DNA from: an uncultured Acidobacteriota bacterium
Lineage (GTDB): Bacteria > Acidobacteriota > Thermoanaerobaculia > Gp7-AA8
Direction: 5' to 3'
Assembly (NCBI GenBank): GCA_963741955.1
Contig: CAVUKB010000007.1
Coordinates: forward strand, 1 to 64,000
DNA: 64,000 bases
Position 1 is the stretch's first letter, and every line of letters starts with the position of its first letter. The translations under genes and the position numbers were made by a program. This document shows positions 12,049 to 20,025 of this stretch, one piece after another. Below the pieces are notes generated by a model, which was not told where the DNA came from, did no database searches, and was given only the letters and a program-made list of their open reading frames with translations.

Positions 12049-13533
12049 TCATGCGCGTCGGCCGTCGTTCGACAGCCATCCTCCCGTGAATCCGGCGCGG
12101 AGCAAACCCTCGCGGATCGAGGGACAGCGTTTCATCAGGTCCCAGAAGAAACCGGACCTGTAGTTCTCGATCATCAGAACGATGGGACCCTGGTTCAGGC
12201 CGTAGGTCCAGGGCGAGACCCAGCCGTAGGAACCAGTCTGTTTGACCGGGTACGTCGGGTTGAACGTCGCCTCGAAGCCGTAGGGATGCTTCTTGAGGTG
12301 GACCTTCTCGATGAGGTAGCGGATCGTCGGCAGCACGATCTCGGGCGCAAATGGAAGCGACGCGACCACCGACCACGGCGCGATGGTGCCGTCGTCCGGC
12401 CCGAACGGGGCGCCGCGCGCGATGTAACCATAGAAACGCCGTTCGACGCCGTCCACGATGACCGTGGTGTTGCCGGGGCCGTTGCACGCCGTGAGTCCCC
12501 AGCAATGCTCGCCATACAGGGCATGGCCGAGCGGGTTGTGGATCGCGTACTTCTGATGGACGAGCGTTGCCCTGCGGCTGTTCTCAAAGTAGTCGAGTCC
12601 GTGCTCGCGCGTCGAGGCGTCCTGGATCTTCCGGAAGTCGATCCAGACGTGGGACAGCTGATGGGTGAAGAGCGGTCCCGCGTAGAGATACTCCTGCCCG
12701 TGGATCTTCTTCCACGAGTAGGTCGTCGCCCACGCGGTGTAGGAGCCGGCCGGGATCGGGTGCGTCGGGGAAGCGAGCGCGAGCACGTAGAGCAGGAGTG
12801 CCTCGTCGTACCCCTGCCACCGATACGGCAGGAACCCGCTCTCCGGCTTCCAGCCATGGGTCAGAGTCGGGCCGCCGTTCAAAGCCCACTCCCAGTCGAC
12901 GCGTTCCCAGATCTGCCGCGCGAGCTCGCGAATCCGCCGCTCCGATTCGGACGGCCGATCGAAGTACACAGCCGCCGCAAGGGCGCCGGCGATGAGAAAG
13001 GCGCTGTCGACCGTCGAGAGCTCACACTGCCACGCTCGCCGCCCCGTCTCCATGTTGAGGAAATGGTAGAAAAATCCCCGGTATCCGCTCGCGTCGGGCT
13101 CCTCGCCCTGGGGAGCGTTCCAGAGGAATTCGAGGGTCGTCTCGACCCGGCGAACTGCCTCCTCTCGATCGATCAGCTTCCGCTCGACGCCGACCGGAAA
13201 GGCGGAGAGCGCGAGTCCAACGGCGGCGATGCTCGAGGGCGCCCCCGGTTCGGTCTTGTCGGCGATGAGGCCGGTGACCGGGTTGGACTCGTGGAGGAAA
13301 TAGCCGAAGGTCTCCTTCTGGAGCTCGTCGAGCATCGCCGCGTCGTCGACGCCGACGGCTCGCGCGCTCCTCGCCGGCCGCCCGTGGCCTCGATCGAGAA
13401 CCACACGACCGCTTGCGGGGGAGGATCGATCGATCCCTCGATTGCCCCGCTCCGGCGGCGCCATCCGATCACCTTCTTCGTCCCCTGCGGGGCCACTTGC
13501 ATCGACCTGCTGCTCATCGATTCGACCGCTCAT
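12049..13533 (-). CDS. Glucoamylase-family (PF10091, GH144-like) beta-1,2-glucanase
   Basis: SSIAAVGLAL, ELSTVDSAFL, YDEALLLYVLAL, GPLFTHQLSHVWIDFR and GLNQGPIVLMIEN. Start overlaps the upstream stop; exact start uncertain. Confidence 0.85.
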   Translation of the reverse strand: MSGRIDEQQVDASGPAGDEEGDRMAPPERGNRGIDRSSPASGRVVLDRGHGRPARSARAVGVDDAAMLDELQKETFGYFLHESNPVTGLIADKTEPGAPSSIAAVGLALSAFPVGVERKLIDREEAVRRVETTLEFLWNAPQGEEPDASGYRGFFYHFLNMETGRRAWQCELSTVDSAFLIAGALAAAVYFDRPSESERRIRELARQIWERVDWEWALNGGPTLTHGWKPESGFLPYRWQGYDEALLLYVLALASPTHPIPAGSYTAWATTYSWKKIHGQEYLYAGPLFTHQLSHVWIDFRKIQDASTREHGLDYFENSRRATLVHQKYAIHNPLGHALYGEHCWGLTACNGPGNTTVIVDGVERRFYGYIARGAPFGPDDGTIAPWSVVASLPFAPEIVLPTIRYLIEKVHLKKHPYGFEATFNPTYPVKQTGSYGWVSPWTYGLNQGPIVLMIENYRSGFFWDLMKRCPSIREGLLRAGFTGGWLSNDGRRA

Positions 13534-16151
13534 TGAGGATTCTTTTTCGAGGCAGAAATACGACTTACATACGCCGCAAGCGCCTTCAATTCCTCGGTGC
13601 TCAGAGACACCGGAGGCATTCCTCCCTGGTGCATGCGGGCAGTTGGATGCTGCAGCATCGTGGTGACGAGCGCAGGTGCGAAGCTTGCGCCGGTACCCGC
13701 AAGCGCAGGGGCGGCGGCTGTACCCGCGATCCCGCCGGTCCCGTGACAATCGGCGCATCCGTGTGCCTGGAAGACCAATCTTCCATCGGACTCGAGTTTG
13801 TTCATCGGAGGTGGTGACGCGCTCCTGGCAGCCTGATTCGAAGCGACTGGCGGGGCGGTCGATGATGGCGCGCCAGGCGAAGGCGACCCTGCAGCAGGCT
13901 GCGCATCAGCGGGCGTCCCCAGACTTCGGAGATACGCCACTAACGCGGTCATATCCGTTGCGGTCAGCTTTATCGGCGGCATACCTCCGGCCTGCATTTT
14001 TTTAGTGGGATGTTGCAGGACGCTCGTCAGGGCGGCGGGCGTTGTCTGGCTGAATTTCGTCAAGGCAGGCGCTCTGCTGGTACCAACGCCGCCGGGGCCA
14101 TGGCACGACGCGCAGCCGTTCGCACTGAAAATGCTTTTCCCGTGCTGGTCAGATGGATTTGCAGATGCTCCGCTGGCGCCGGCTTGACTCGGCTCTGTTT
14201 GCGGTTGAGCTGGAGGCTGGGTCGGTTTCGATGCCGCCGTCGCCGGTGCAGTGGGAGTTTTCGGTGCTTTCGACGGTCCGGCTGCTGCCGCAGGTTGCGC
14301 GGTCGCTGGCGCGGCCGAGGACGACGCGGACGGCGATGGTGTCGCTGGAGCGGCGGCCGATGTTCCTCCGAGGCTGGCCAGGTAGGAAACCAGAGCTTTC
14401 ATATCCGCGGCATTCAAAGTCAGGGGGACCATGCCGGCCGCCTTCATCCTGGCAGTGGGCGCTTTGAGTAGCGCTGTCAATTGAGCTGGCGGATATTGAC
14501 TGGAAATATGCGTCAGAGCCGGCCCAACGGCGCCGCCTCCACTTTGTCCGTGACATCCACTGCAGCCGTGAGAATCGAAAATGCCCTTGCCCGGGGCGGT
14601 GCTCGCATCGGCTGCCGGTTTTCCAGTTCCTGCTTTCGCCGGTCCGGCTGTTGCAGCTTGCGCGGTCGCTGGCGCGGCCGAGGACGACGTGGAAGGGGAT
14701 GGTGTCGCTGCAGTGGCGGCCGATGTTCCCCCGAGGCTGGTCAGGTAGGAAACCAGGCTTGTCATTTCAGCGGCATTCAAAGTCAGGGGGACCATGCCGG
14801 CCGCCTTCATCCTGGCGGTGGGCGCTTTGAGAAGCGCCGTCAACTGAGCCGGCGAATATTGAGTGGAAATGTGCGTCAGCGCCGGCCCAACAGCGCCACC
14901 TCCACTTTGTCCATGGCATCCACTGCAGCCATGAGAATCAAAAATGCCTTGCCCCATGGAGGCGCTTGCACCGAGCGACGTTGCTACACCGCCACCGGAA
15001 CGCGCCACAGCCGTAAACGGCTGAAACTCGGTATAGAAATACACACTCTCCTGGTTCTTCTGTTCCGCGAGTCGAGCGGCGACATTCGGGTCGCGCGCAT
15101 CATCAAGACGACTCGTCATCCCCAGCCATACAAGACCGATCAACACAATCAAAATGCCGACTACGGGAATGGGTCGACGCCACGGCCGGCGTTCCCGGCC
15201 GCGGTCCATAAACGGCAGCGAGAAGAGCAGTCCGATCAGGACTCCCGGAATCATGAAAACCCCGATGATCGTGCGCGCTCCCTGCCAATACTTCAGCCAC
15301 TGGAACATGGGCAGGTAATACCACTCAGGACGCGGTAAATAGCGGGTGTTTGCAGGGTCGGCCTGGAGTCCAAGCATCACGGGTACGAAGTGTGCCAGCA
15401 TACCCAGAACACCCATCACAAGCAGCACGAACGTCATATCGATCAGGACTTGCTTTGGATAGAAGGTCTCTGCAGGCAGGTGTGGCGTGATCGGATCTTC
15501 GTTCACCGGGCCCGCGGCTCCTGCCTTTCGAAACAGAGCAATGTGGCCGGCGATCAACAATACGATCAGACCCGGAATGATCAGGATATGAAGGACGTAG
15601 AAACGTGAGAGCGTCAGAGCTCCCATCATTGCCCCGCCGCGCAACAGCAGCCTGAGGCTTTCACCGATGAAGGGCACCTGCCCCACGAGATCGGTGCCTA
15701 CGGAGCCGGCAGAATAAGCGCTCTGATCCCACGACAGGAGGTATCCGGTGAAAGCCATCCCTAACACGAGAAGTGAGAGAGTACAGCCGGAGATCCAGAG
15801 GAGCTCGCGTCTCCCTTTGTAGGACCCGTAGAGAAACGTCTGCAGGAAATGCAGAAGCAGAACGACGAGCATGGCACTCGAGCCATAAGAATGCAGACTT
15901 CGCAGAAAGGATCCGGCCGCCACTTCCTTGACGATGTAGGCAACGCTCGCATGAGCGGTCAGGGGAGAGGGGGCGTAATACAGTGCCAGGCATACGCCGG
16001 TGACGATCTGCGAAAGGAAAATGAACAGAAGCGCGGATCCGAAGACATACGCAAAGCGCGCGCCGCCCGGAATAGGTTCATCGAGGGAGTGGCGAAGTAT
16101 CCGGTCCGCTCCAGTGCGTCGGTCGATCCATTTCCACAGACGCTCAGGCAT
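13530..16151 (-). CDS. Cytochrome b (b plus subunit IV) fused to four c-type cytochrome domains
   Basis: Heme b His pairs in RSLHSYG..LLLH and FYVLH..AGH; PEWY Qo motif; then CSGCH, CSGCH, CASCH and CADCH, each followed by GM(V/P)P, joined by Ala/Pro/Ser/Thr linkers. Confidence 0.92.
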   Translation of the reverse strand: MPERLWKWIDRRTGADRILRHSLDEPIPGGARFAYVFGSALLFIFLSQIVTGVCLALYYAPSPLTAHASVAYIVKEVAAGSFLRSLHSYGSSAMLVVLLLHFLQTFLYGSYKGRRELLWISGCTLSLLVLGMAFTGYLLSWDQSAYSAGSVGTDLVGQVPFIGESLRLLLRGGAMMGALTLSRFYVLHILIIPGLIVLLIAGHIALFRKAGAAGPVNEDPITPHLPAETFYPKQVLIDMTFVLLVMGVLGMLAHFVPVMLGLQADPANTRYLPRPEWYYLPMFQWLKYWQGARTIIGVFMIPGVLIGLLFSLPFMDRGRERRPWRRPIPVVGILIVLIGLVWLGMTSRLDDARDPNVAARLAEQKNQESVYFYTEFQPFTAVARSGGGVATSLGASASMGQGIFDSHGCSGCHGQSGGGAVGPALTHISTQYSPAQLTALLKAPTARMKAAGMVPLTLNAAEMTSLVSYLTSLGGTSAATAATPSPSTSSSAAPATAQAATAGPAKAGTGKPAADASTAPGKGIFDSHGCSGCHGQSGGGAVGPALTHISSQYPPAQLTALLKAPTARMKAAGMVPLTLNAADMKALVSYLASLGGTSAAAPATPSPSASSSAAPATAQPAAAAGPSKAPKTPTAPATAASKPTQPPAQPQTEPSQAGASGASANPSDQHGKSIFSANGCASCHGPGGVGTSRAPALTKFSQTTPAALTSVLQHPTKKMQAGGMPPIKLTATDMTALVAYLRSLGTPADAQPAAGSPSPGAPSSTAPPVASNQAARSASPPPMNKLESDGRLVFQAHGCADCHGTGGIAGTAAAPALAGTGASFAPALVTTMLQHPTARMHQGGMPPVSLSTEELKALAAYVSRISASKKNPQ
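14270..14960 (-). repeat. Intragenic tandem duplication (~360 bp) of a cytochrome c domain plus linker
   Basis: GIFDSHGCSGCHGQSGGGAVGPALTHIS...KAPTARMKAAGMVPLTLNAA occurs twice, offset by 360 bp. Confidence 0.9.
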
Positions 16152-16213
16152 GCCTGGTCTCCTCTCGGCCTCTTCTGAGTTCCGATCCGGCGTGGACGAT
16201 GGACCTTCGCGAT

Positions 16214-16756
16214 TCAACTGATGACCTCTTTGGTAGGCACATCGGGACGGAAGTATTGGTACTTGACCATGAGTTTGCCGGCAGACACTTTGGTTTTCAG
16301 CGAATCGAGCGAGCGGCGTGGCGGGCCTGAAAGATGGGTGCCGTCTGCGGAGAAAGTGCCGCCGTGGCAGGGACATACGAACTCGTTTCGGCCCGGATCC
16401 CAGGGGACGGTACAGCCGAGGTGCGGACAAATCGCGGATAAGGCCGTGAGTGTGCCACCCGCCGTGATGATGTAGACCACCGGTTGACTGGCTGTCTCCC
16501 GCCAACCATCGCGCTGCTTGAGATCGATCGTTCGGCGGAGGGGAGTCCGGACGTTGGAAAGACCCGCCACCGGGCCCACTTCCGTCCAATCGGAATCGTC
16601 GGACTTAGCGGTCACCGGATAGAAGATGTAGCGCAGGACCGGAACCGCCAGCAGAATGCCGACGAAGGCGGACGCCAACCCCAGCAGAACACCCAGGAAC
16701 GAGCGGCGGGATCCATTCAGAGGCAATCCCGAATCCTTCTGATTCTGTGAGTCCAT
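16214..16756 (-). CDS. Rieske [2Fe-2S] subunit of a Rieske/cytochrome b complex
   Basis: Tat-like SRRSFL plus TM anchor; CPHLGC and CPCHGG boxes; GPPRRSL. Confidence 0.95.
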   Translation of the reverse strand: MDSQNQKDSGLPLNGSRRSFLGVLLGLASAFVGILLAVPVLRYIFYPVTAKSDDSDWTEVGPVAGLSNVRTPLRRTIDLKQRDGWRETASQPVVYIITAGGTLTALSAICPHLGCTVPWDPGRNEFVCPCHGGTFSADGTHLSGPPRRSLDSLKTKVSAGKLMVKYQYFRPDVPTKEVIS

Positions 16757-16771
16757 GTGTATGTGCGCCTC

Positions 16772-18118
16772 TCAGAAGTTCAGCCACAGAGCGACAAAGA
16801 GTGAGTTGTTCGCCGACGCACTCCTGCCCGCGCCATCGTAATTGCGCCTGGCACCGTTAAACGTCGCATACCCGGTGTATTCGGCTGACAGTTCGACGTT
16901 CTCCACTGGCCAGAACCCGGCCTGGACGATCAACCCGCTGCTATCGGGTTTCCCGAGTGAGCTGCCGGTCACCGGAGCCGGCGCGAAGAGAATGGAATCG
17001 GCACTCCCGGTCGTGGAAAACCCGCCGAGCGTGAAGCTATAGCGTCTCCGAAGGTGATAGGTGGCGTCCGCCCGGAACGTGTTCAGGTTATGCGACGGCG
17101 TGGCTGCGCCTCCCGCGGCAAACGTTCCGTTGAGGTCGGATCGTTCGTGAACATACGTCGTGTGAAACGTCAGTAGATCGACGCCAAATGGTCGTTCGTA
17201 CTGAAGATCAAGGGCAGAGTCGGCATACGTATCGCGAATGCCAGTCGCGCCGCCGGGAACAGAGCTCAGGTAGATGCCATAGGTCCCGGCTTCCAGATAG
17301 TTCAGTCCCCACGTTTGCTGCCATGCCAGCCGCCAGTAAGTGGCAGCTCCTTGAATGTTGAAGGCGTAATCCGTACCGGTCAGAGGCTGTGCACCGCCGG
17401 CATGTTCCGAGCGATACAGGGTGACAGCTGCATACAAATGGTCGTTCCACATCGTGTATGCACCGAGACCGGCGACATCCTGAGCGAGTGCTCCGAGGAT
17501 CACAGGCCCGGCGCCTGGTGAGGGAGCATTGTCGGAGGACAACCACGGATACCCCCACGCTGGTGTGCTGTTCCAGACGTCCTCGACTGTCGGGCTGTTG
17601 TTGAGGGTAAGCCCATACAACAGGTCTTTCGAGCCTAAAGTGGTGTGGTCGGCATACCGGATGTCTGTATTGTCCAGCGTCAGATGATCTGACTGATGGG
17701 AATAAGTAGCCTGGACCATTCCCCCCATATGGGGCGAGATTTCACCTGCCAGAAAGAGACTGAGAGCCTGGGGGAATCCGGCATTGCTGCTCTGCGCTCC
17801 GGGGACGGGCGTCTTCGTGAAGGTATCGCTGAGAAGAAGCATGACCGAGACCGGGAAGTCACGTCTGATCTTCAGTTCCTTGTTCTCGATGGTCACGTTC
17901 GGCGCTTTGTCCGTGAGCGTGTAGCCATCGAGCTTGAATTTGCGCCCAAACGCGGTGAGCTCGGGTGGATTGCTGTGACAAACGTGGCACGTAAGGCCGG
18001 TCTGTCGGGTGAAGCTTGGAACGGCCCGCGCTTCTGGACACACGATCACCATGAGAATGATGAAAGCAAGAAGTAGGACACCGGTCGATGGCACGCAGGC
18101 GGGCATGGCTCGCGTCAT
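16772..18118 (-). CDS. cyc2: Cyc2-like outer-membrane cytochrome c-porin fusion
   Basis: Signal peptide ending ARA, then VPSFTRQTGLTCHVCHSNPPELTAFGRKFKLDGY (Cyc2 N-terminal heme signature), amphipathic beta-strands and a C-terminal FVALWLNF barrel signal. Confidence 0.82.
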   Translation of the reverse strand: MTRAMPACVPSTGVLLLAFIILMVIVCPEARAVPSFTRQTGLTCHVCHSNPPELTAFGRKFKLDGYTLTDKAPNVTIENKELKIRRDFPVSVMLLLSDTFTKTPVPGAQSSNAGFPQALSLFLAGEISPHMGGMVQATYSHQSDHLTLDNTDIRYADHTTLGSKDLLYGLTLNNSPTVEDVWNSTPAWGYPWLSSDNAPSPGAGPVILGALAQDVAGLGAYTMWNDHLYAAVTLYRSEHAGGAQPLTGTDYAFNIQGAATYWRLAWQQTWGLNYLEAGTYGIYLSSVPGGATGIRDTYADSALDLQYERPFGVDLLTFHTTYVHERSDLNGTFAAGGAATPSHNLNTFRADATYHLRRRYSFTLGGFSTTGSADSILFAPAPVTGSSLGKPDSSGLIVQAGFWPVENVELSAEYTGYATFNGARRNYDGAGRSASANNSLFVALWLNF

Positions 18119-18231
18119 GTGTGTCCTTTTCGGGTCGGTGTTCGCACGTGTATCAGAAGTTGAAGTTGCGGTAGCCGCCGTCATCGCCGCGGGGGGCCAC
18201 CGGGACGTCCAGCGTGCGCTTGCCGGCGCCA

Positions 18232-19041
18232 TCACCGCTGCGTGCTCCTCGGGTGGTATGCCAGCTGTGCCTCTGTTGGACTTTCGCCGTTAGCCCAGTA
18301 CACGGGGCGCCCGTAATGGTCATAGAGACGTGCCTCATACTCGCGCTTGATGGCGAGGGTTGGGTACCACTCTGGGCTGTTCTTGACCTGTTGTCGAGAC
18401 ATGTCAACGTAGATCTTACGTTCCTCCCAACTGATGCGGCGTGCCCAGTGTGGCGCGACCAGCACCTTCTTGCCCGACCACCAGTTGCTGGTCTCGATCA
18501 CCAGATATCGGACTTCCCAGGTCTCATCGTCGACGAGGAAGTCTTCGACGTGGCCGATCTCCTCGTCGCTTCCGTGAATGTGGTATCCGCGGAGATCCCT
18601 GGCACTCCTAAGATGCACGTCGCCGGAAGGCTCGGCGGATTGCTCAGCAGTCGGGTCGTTCCACATGCCGGCCGCGAGAAGGCTTGGATAAGCACCCATG
18701 CCCCAGAGTCCCGTGTATCCCCAGTAGTAGGGATAGCCATAGTAGCGGTGGTAGTCCCGCTCGTGTTGGCGGGAGACGGGCCTTTCCACGTCAACGCTCG
18801 GGCTGTTCTTGACCTTGTCGATGGTCAACGCCACGTGGAAGCGCTGGGTCGACCAATCGACCTGGCGGAAGGAGATGGGCGAGATGAGCACCCGGCGCCC
18901 ATCGAGGAAGCCACCGGTCTCGACGACCAGATAGCGGACTCCCCAGCGCTGGTCGTCGAGAAGGAAATTCACCACGCTTCCGACGTCGCCATCGGTGGCG
19001 CTCACCTCGTATCGTTCGAGATCAGTCAGGCTTCGCTGCAT
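18232..19041 (-). CDS. PRC-barrel domain protein (two barrels)
   Basis: ATDGDVGSVVNFLLDDQRWGVRYLVVETGG and IGHVEDFLVDDETWEVRYLVIET; GAGGAGG RBS. Confidence 0.9.
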   Translation of the reverse strand: MQRSLTDLERYEVSATDGDVGSVVNFLLDDQRWGVRYLVVETGGFLDGRRVLISPISFRQVDWSTQRFHVALTIDKVKNSPSVDVERPVSRQHERDYHRYYGYPYYWGYTGLWGMGAYPSLLAAGMWNDPTAEQSAEPSGDVHLRSARDLRGYHIHGSDEEIGHVEDFLVDDETWEVRYLVIETSNWWSGKKVLVAPHWARRISWEERKIYVDMSRQQVKNSPEWYPTLAIKREYEARLYDHYGRPVYWANGESPTEAQLAYHPRSTQR

Positions 19042-19059
19042 GGTCCTCCTCGCCGCTGG

Positions 19060-19301
19060 AGACGCGTGGGATCGAAAACATTGCCGACCCGAACGACAAG
19101 CCCCAAAGGCCGCACCAGAAAGCCCCCAGTTTGCTCCAGATCTCCACGCGATCACCGAGGTTGTAGTAGCCGACGACGTGCGCTTCCGCCGGCGATCGAC
19201 AGCTTCTTCATGGCGAACCCGGGCCGCTGGAGCTCTCTGATGCTCGCTCCTGTTTCGGTGTGGGAGTGGTTGACCCCGACCACTGCGCCGTCCTCAGCCA
19301 T
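19060..19301 (-). pseudogene. Frameshifted and truncated general-stress / DUF1269-like membrane protein
   Basis: Frame 1 reads VVGVNHSHTE...RELQRPGFAMKKLSI; a shifted frame reads HVVGYYNLGDRVEIWSKLGAFWCGLWGLSFGSAMFSIP. Confidence 0.7.
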
Positions 19302-19304
19302 GGT

Positions 19305-19403
19305 TCAACTTCCTTCGTTCACGCAGGCGCAGTCCTTCGCGCAACCGCACTTGCCTCCCTTGTCGCATCCGCAGTTGACCTGGCCGCATGCATTGTTTTT
19401 CAC
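19305..19403 (-). CDS. Metallothionein-like Cys-rich small protein (32 aa)
   Basis: AGGAG RBS, 6-nt spacer, GTG start; MKNNACGQVNCGCDKGGKCGCAKDCACVNEGS has 7 Cys and three CxC. Confidence 0.65.
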   Translation of the reverse strand: MKNNACGQVNCGCDKGGKCGCAKDCACVNEGS

Positions 19404-19548
19404 GGGGTTCTCCTGTTGTCGTATGGGACCGATGGTCTCCAAAACGCATGCAATCCGTACGCCACGCCGACGAGTGATTCGGGGCGATCCCCGAAGATGC
19501 GACTCAAAGATCGAGTAGCGGTCCTCTTTGCCACGCATTTCGGGCTAG

Positions 19549-19772
19549 CAACAATGGCCCGAACTCAAGGGGCACTTTGGGTGTTCACAGAACCGGTGCG
19601 CGGAGTTACTGCGCATCTGCCGCAGGTGTCGTCTCGTTTCGTTCTGAAGGCGATCTGCGCGGCCACGGCGGGAGCCGTGGCGCCCCTCGGAGAAGGGATC
19701 CTTCGCTGCCCAGCAAGCTCGCTCCGATTCCCGGCTGACGCGCGGCTTTTGCTTGAGTTCGGGCCATTGGGG
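19549..19772. mobile_element. 224-bp MITE-like element with terminal inverted repeats and CTAG flanks
   Basis: Perfect 18-bp IR CAATGGCCCGAACTCAAG (19552-19569 / 19752-19769); CTAG at 19545-19548 and 19773-19776. Confidence 0.75.
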
Positions 19773-19915
19773 CTAGTAACGCTTCTTCGACTTGCAGTAG
19801 GGCTTCACAATTGTCGGCCAAACTTTGAGAGTGACGTACTCTCCGGGACGCGCGCGAAAATCTTCTGCATTGACGCTCATGCCATCACGTTCCACGCAAT
19901 TACTACGTCGGCAAC
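19773..19915 (-). pseudogene. Remnant of a second antiporter 3' end / ppk2 5' end junction
   Basis: ...VVIAWNVMA* overlaps MSVNAEDFRARPGEYVTLKVWPTIVKPYCKSKKRY*, paralogous to ~5740-5875 including the ATGA overlap. Confidence 0.8.
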
Positions 19916-20025
19916 GAAGGTCGTAAACCGCCGCGACCTCGGAACCGTCGAATGGACCGACATCTCTCGGTCCTGTCTGCCAGCAGGAGCGCCGCTCCTC
20001 TGCAGACGTGGCGGGGGCCGTCGCG

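Noticed and set aside
16152-16589. Rieske-cytochrome b fusion or longer cytochrome b N-terminus
   Set aside because: The extension is an off-frame overlap with the Rieske gene; cytochrome b homology starts near 16151.
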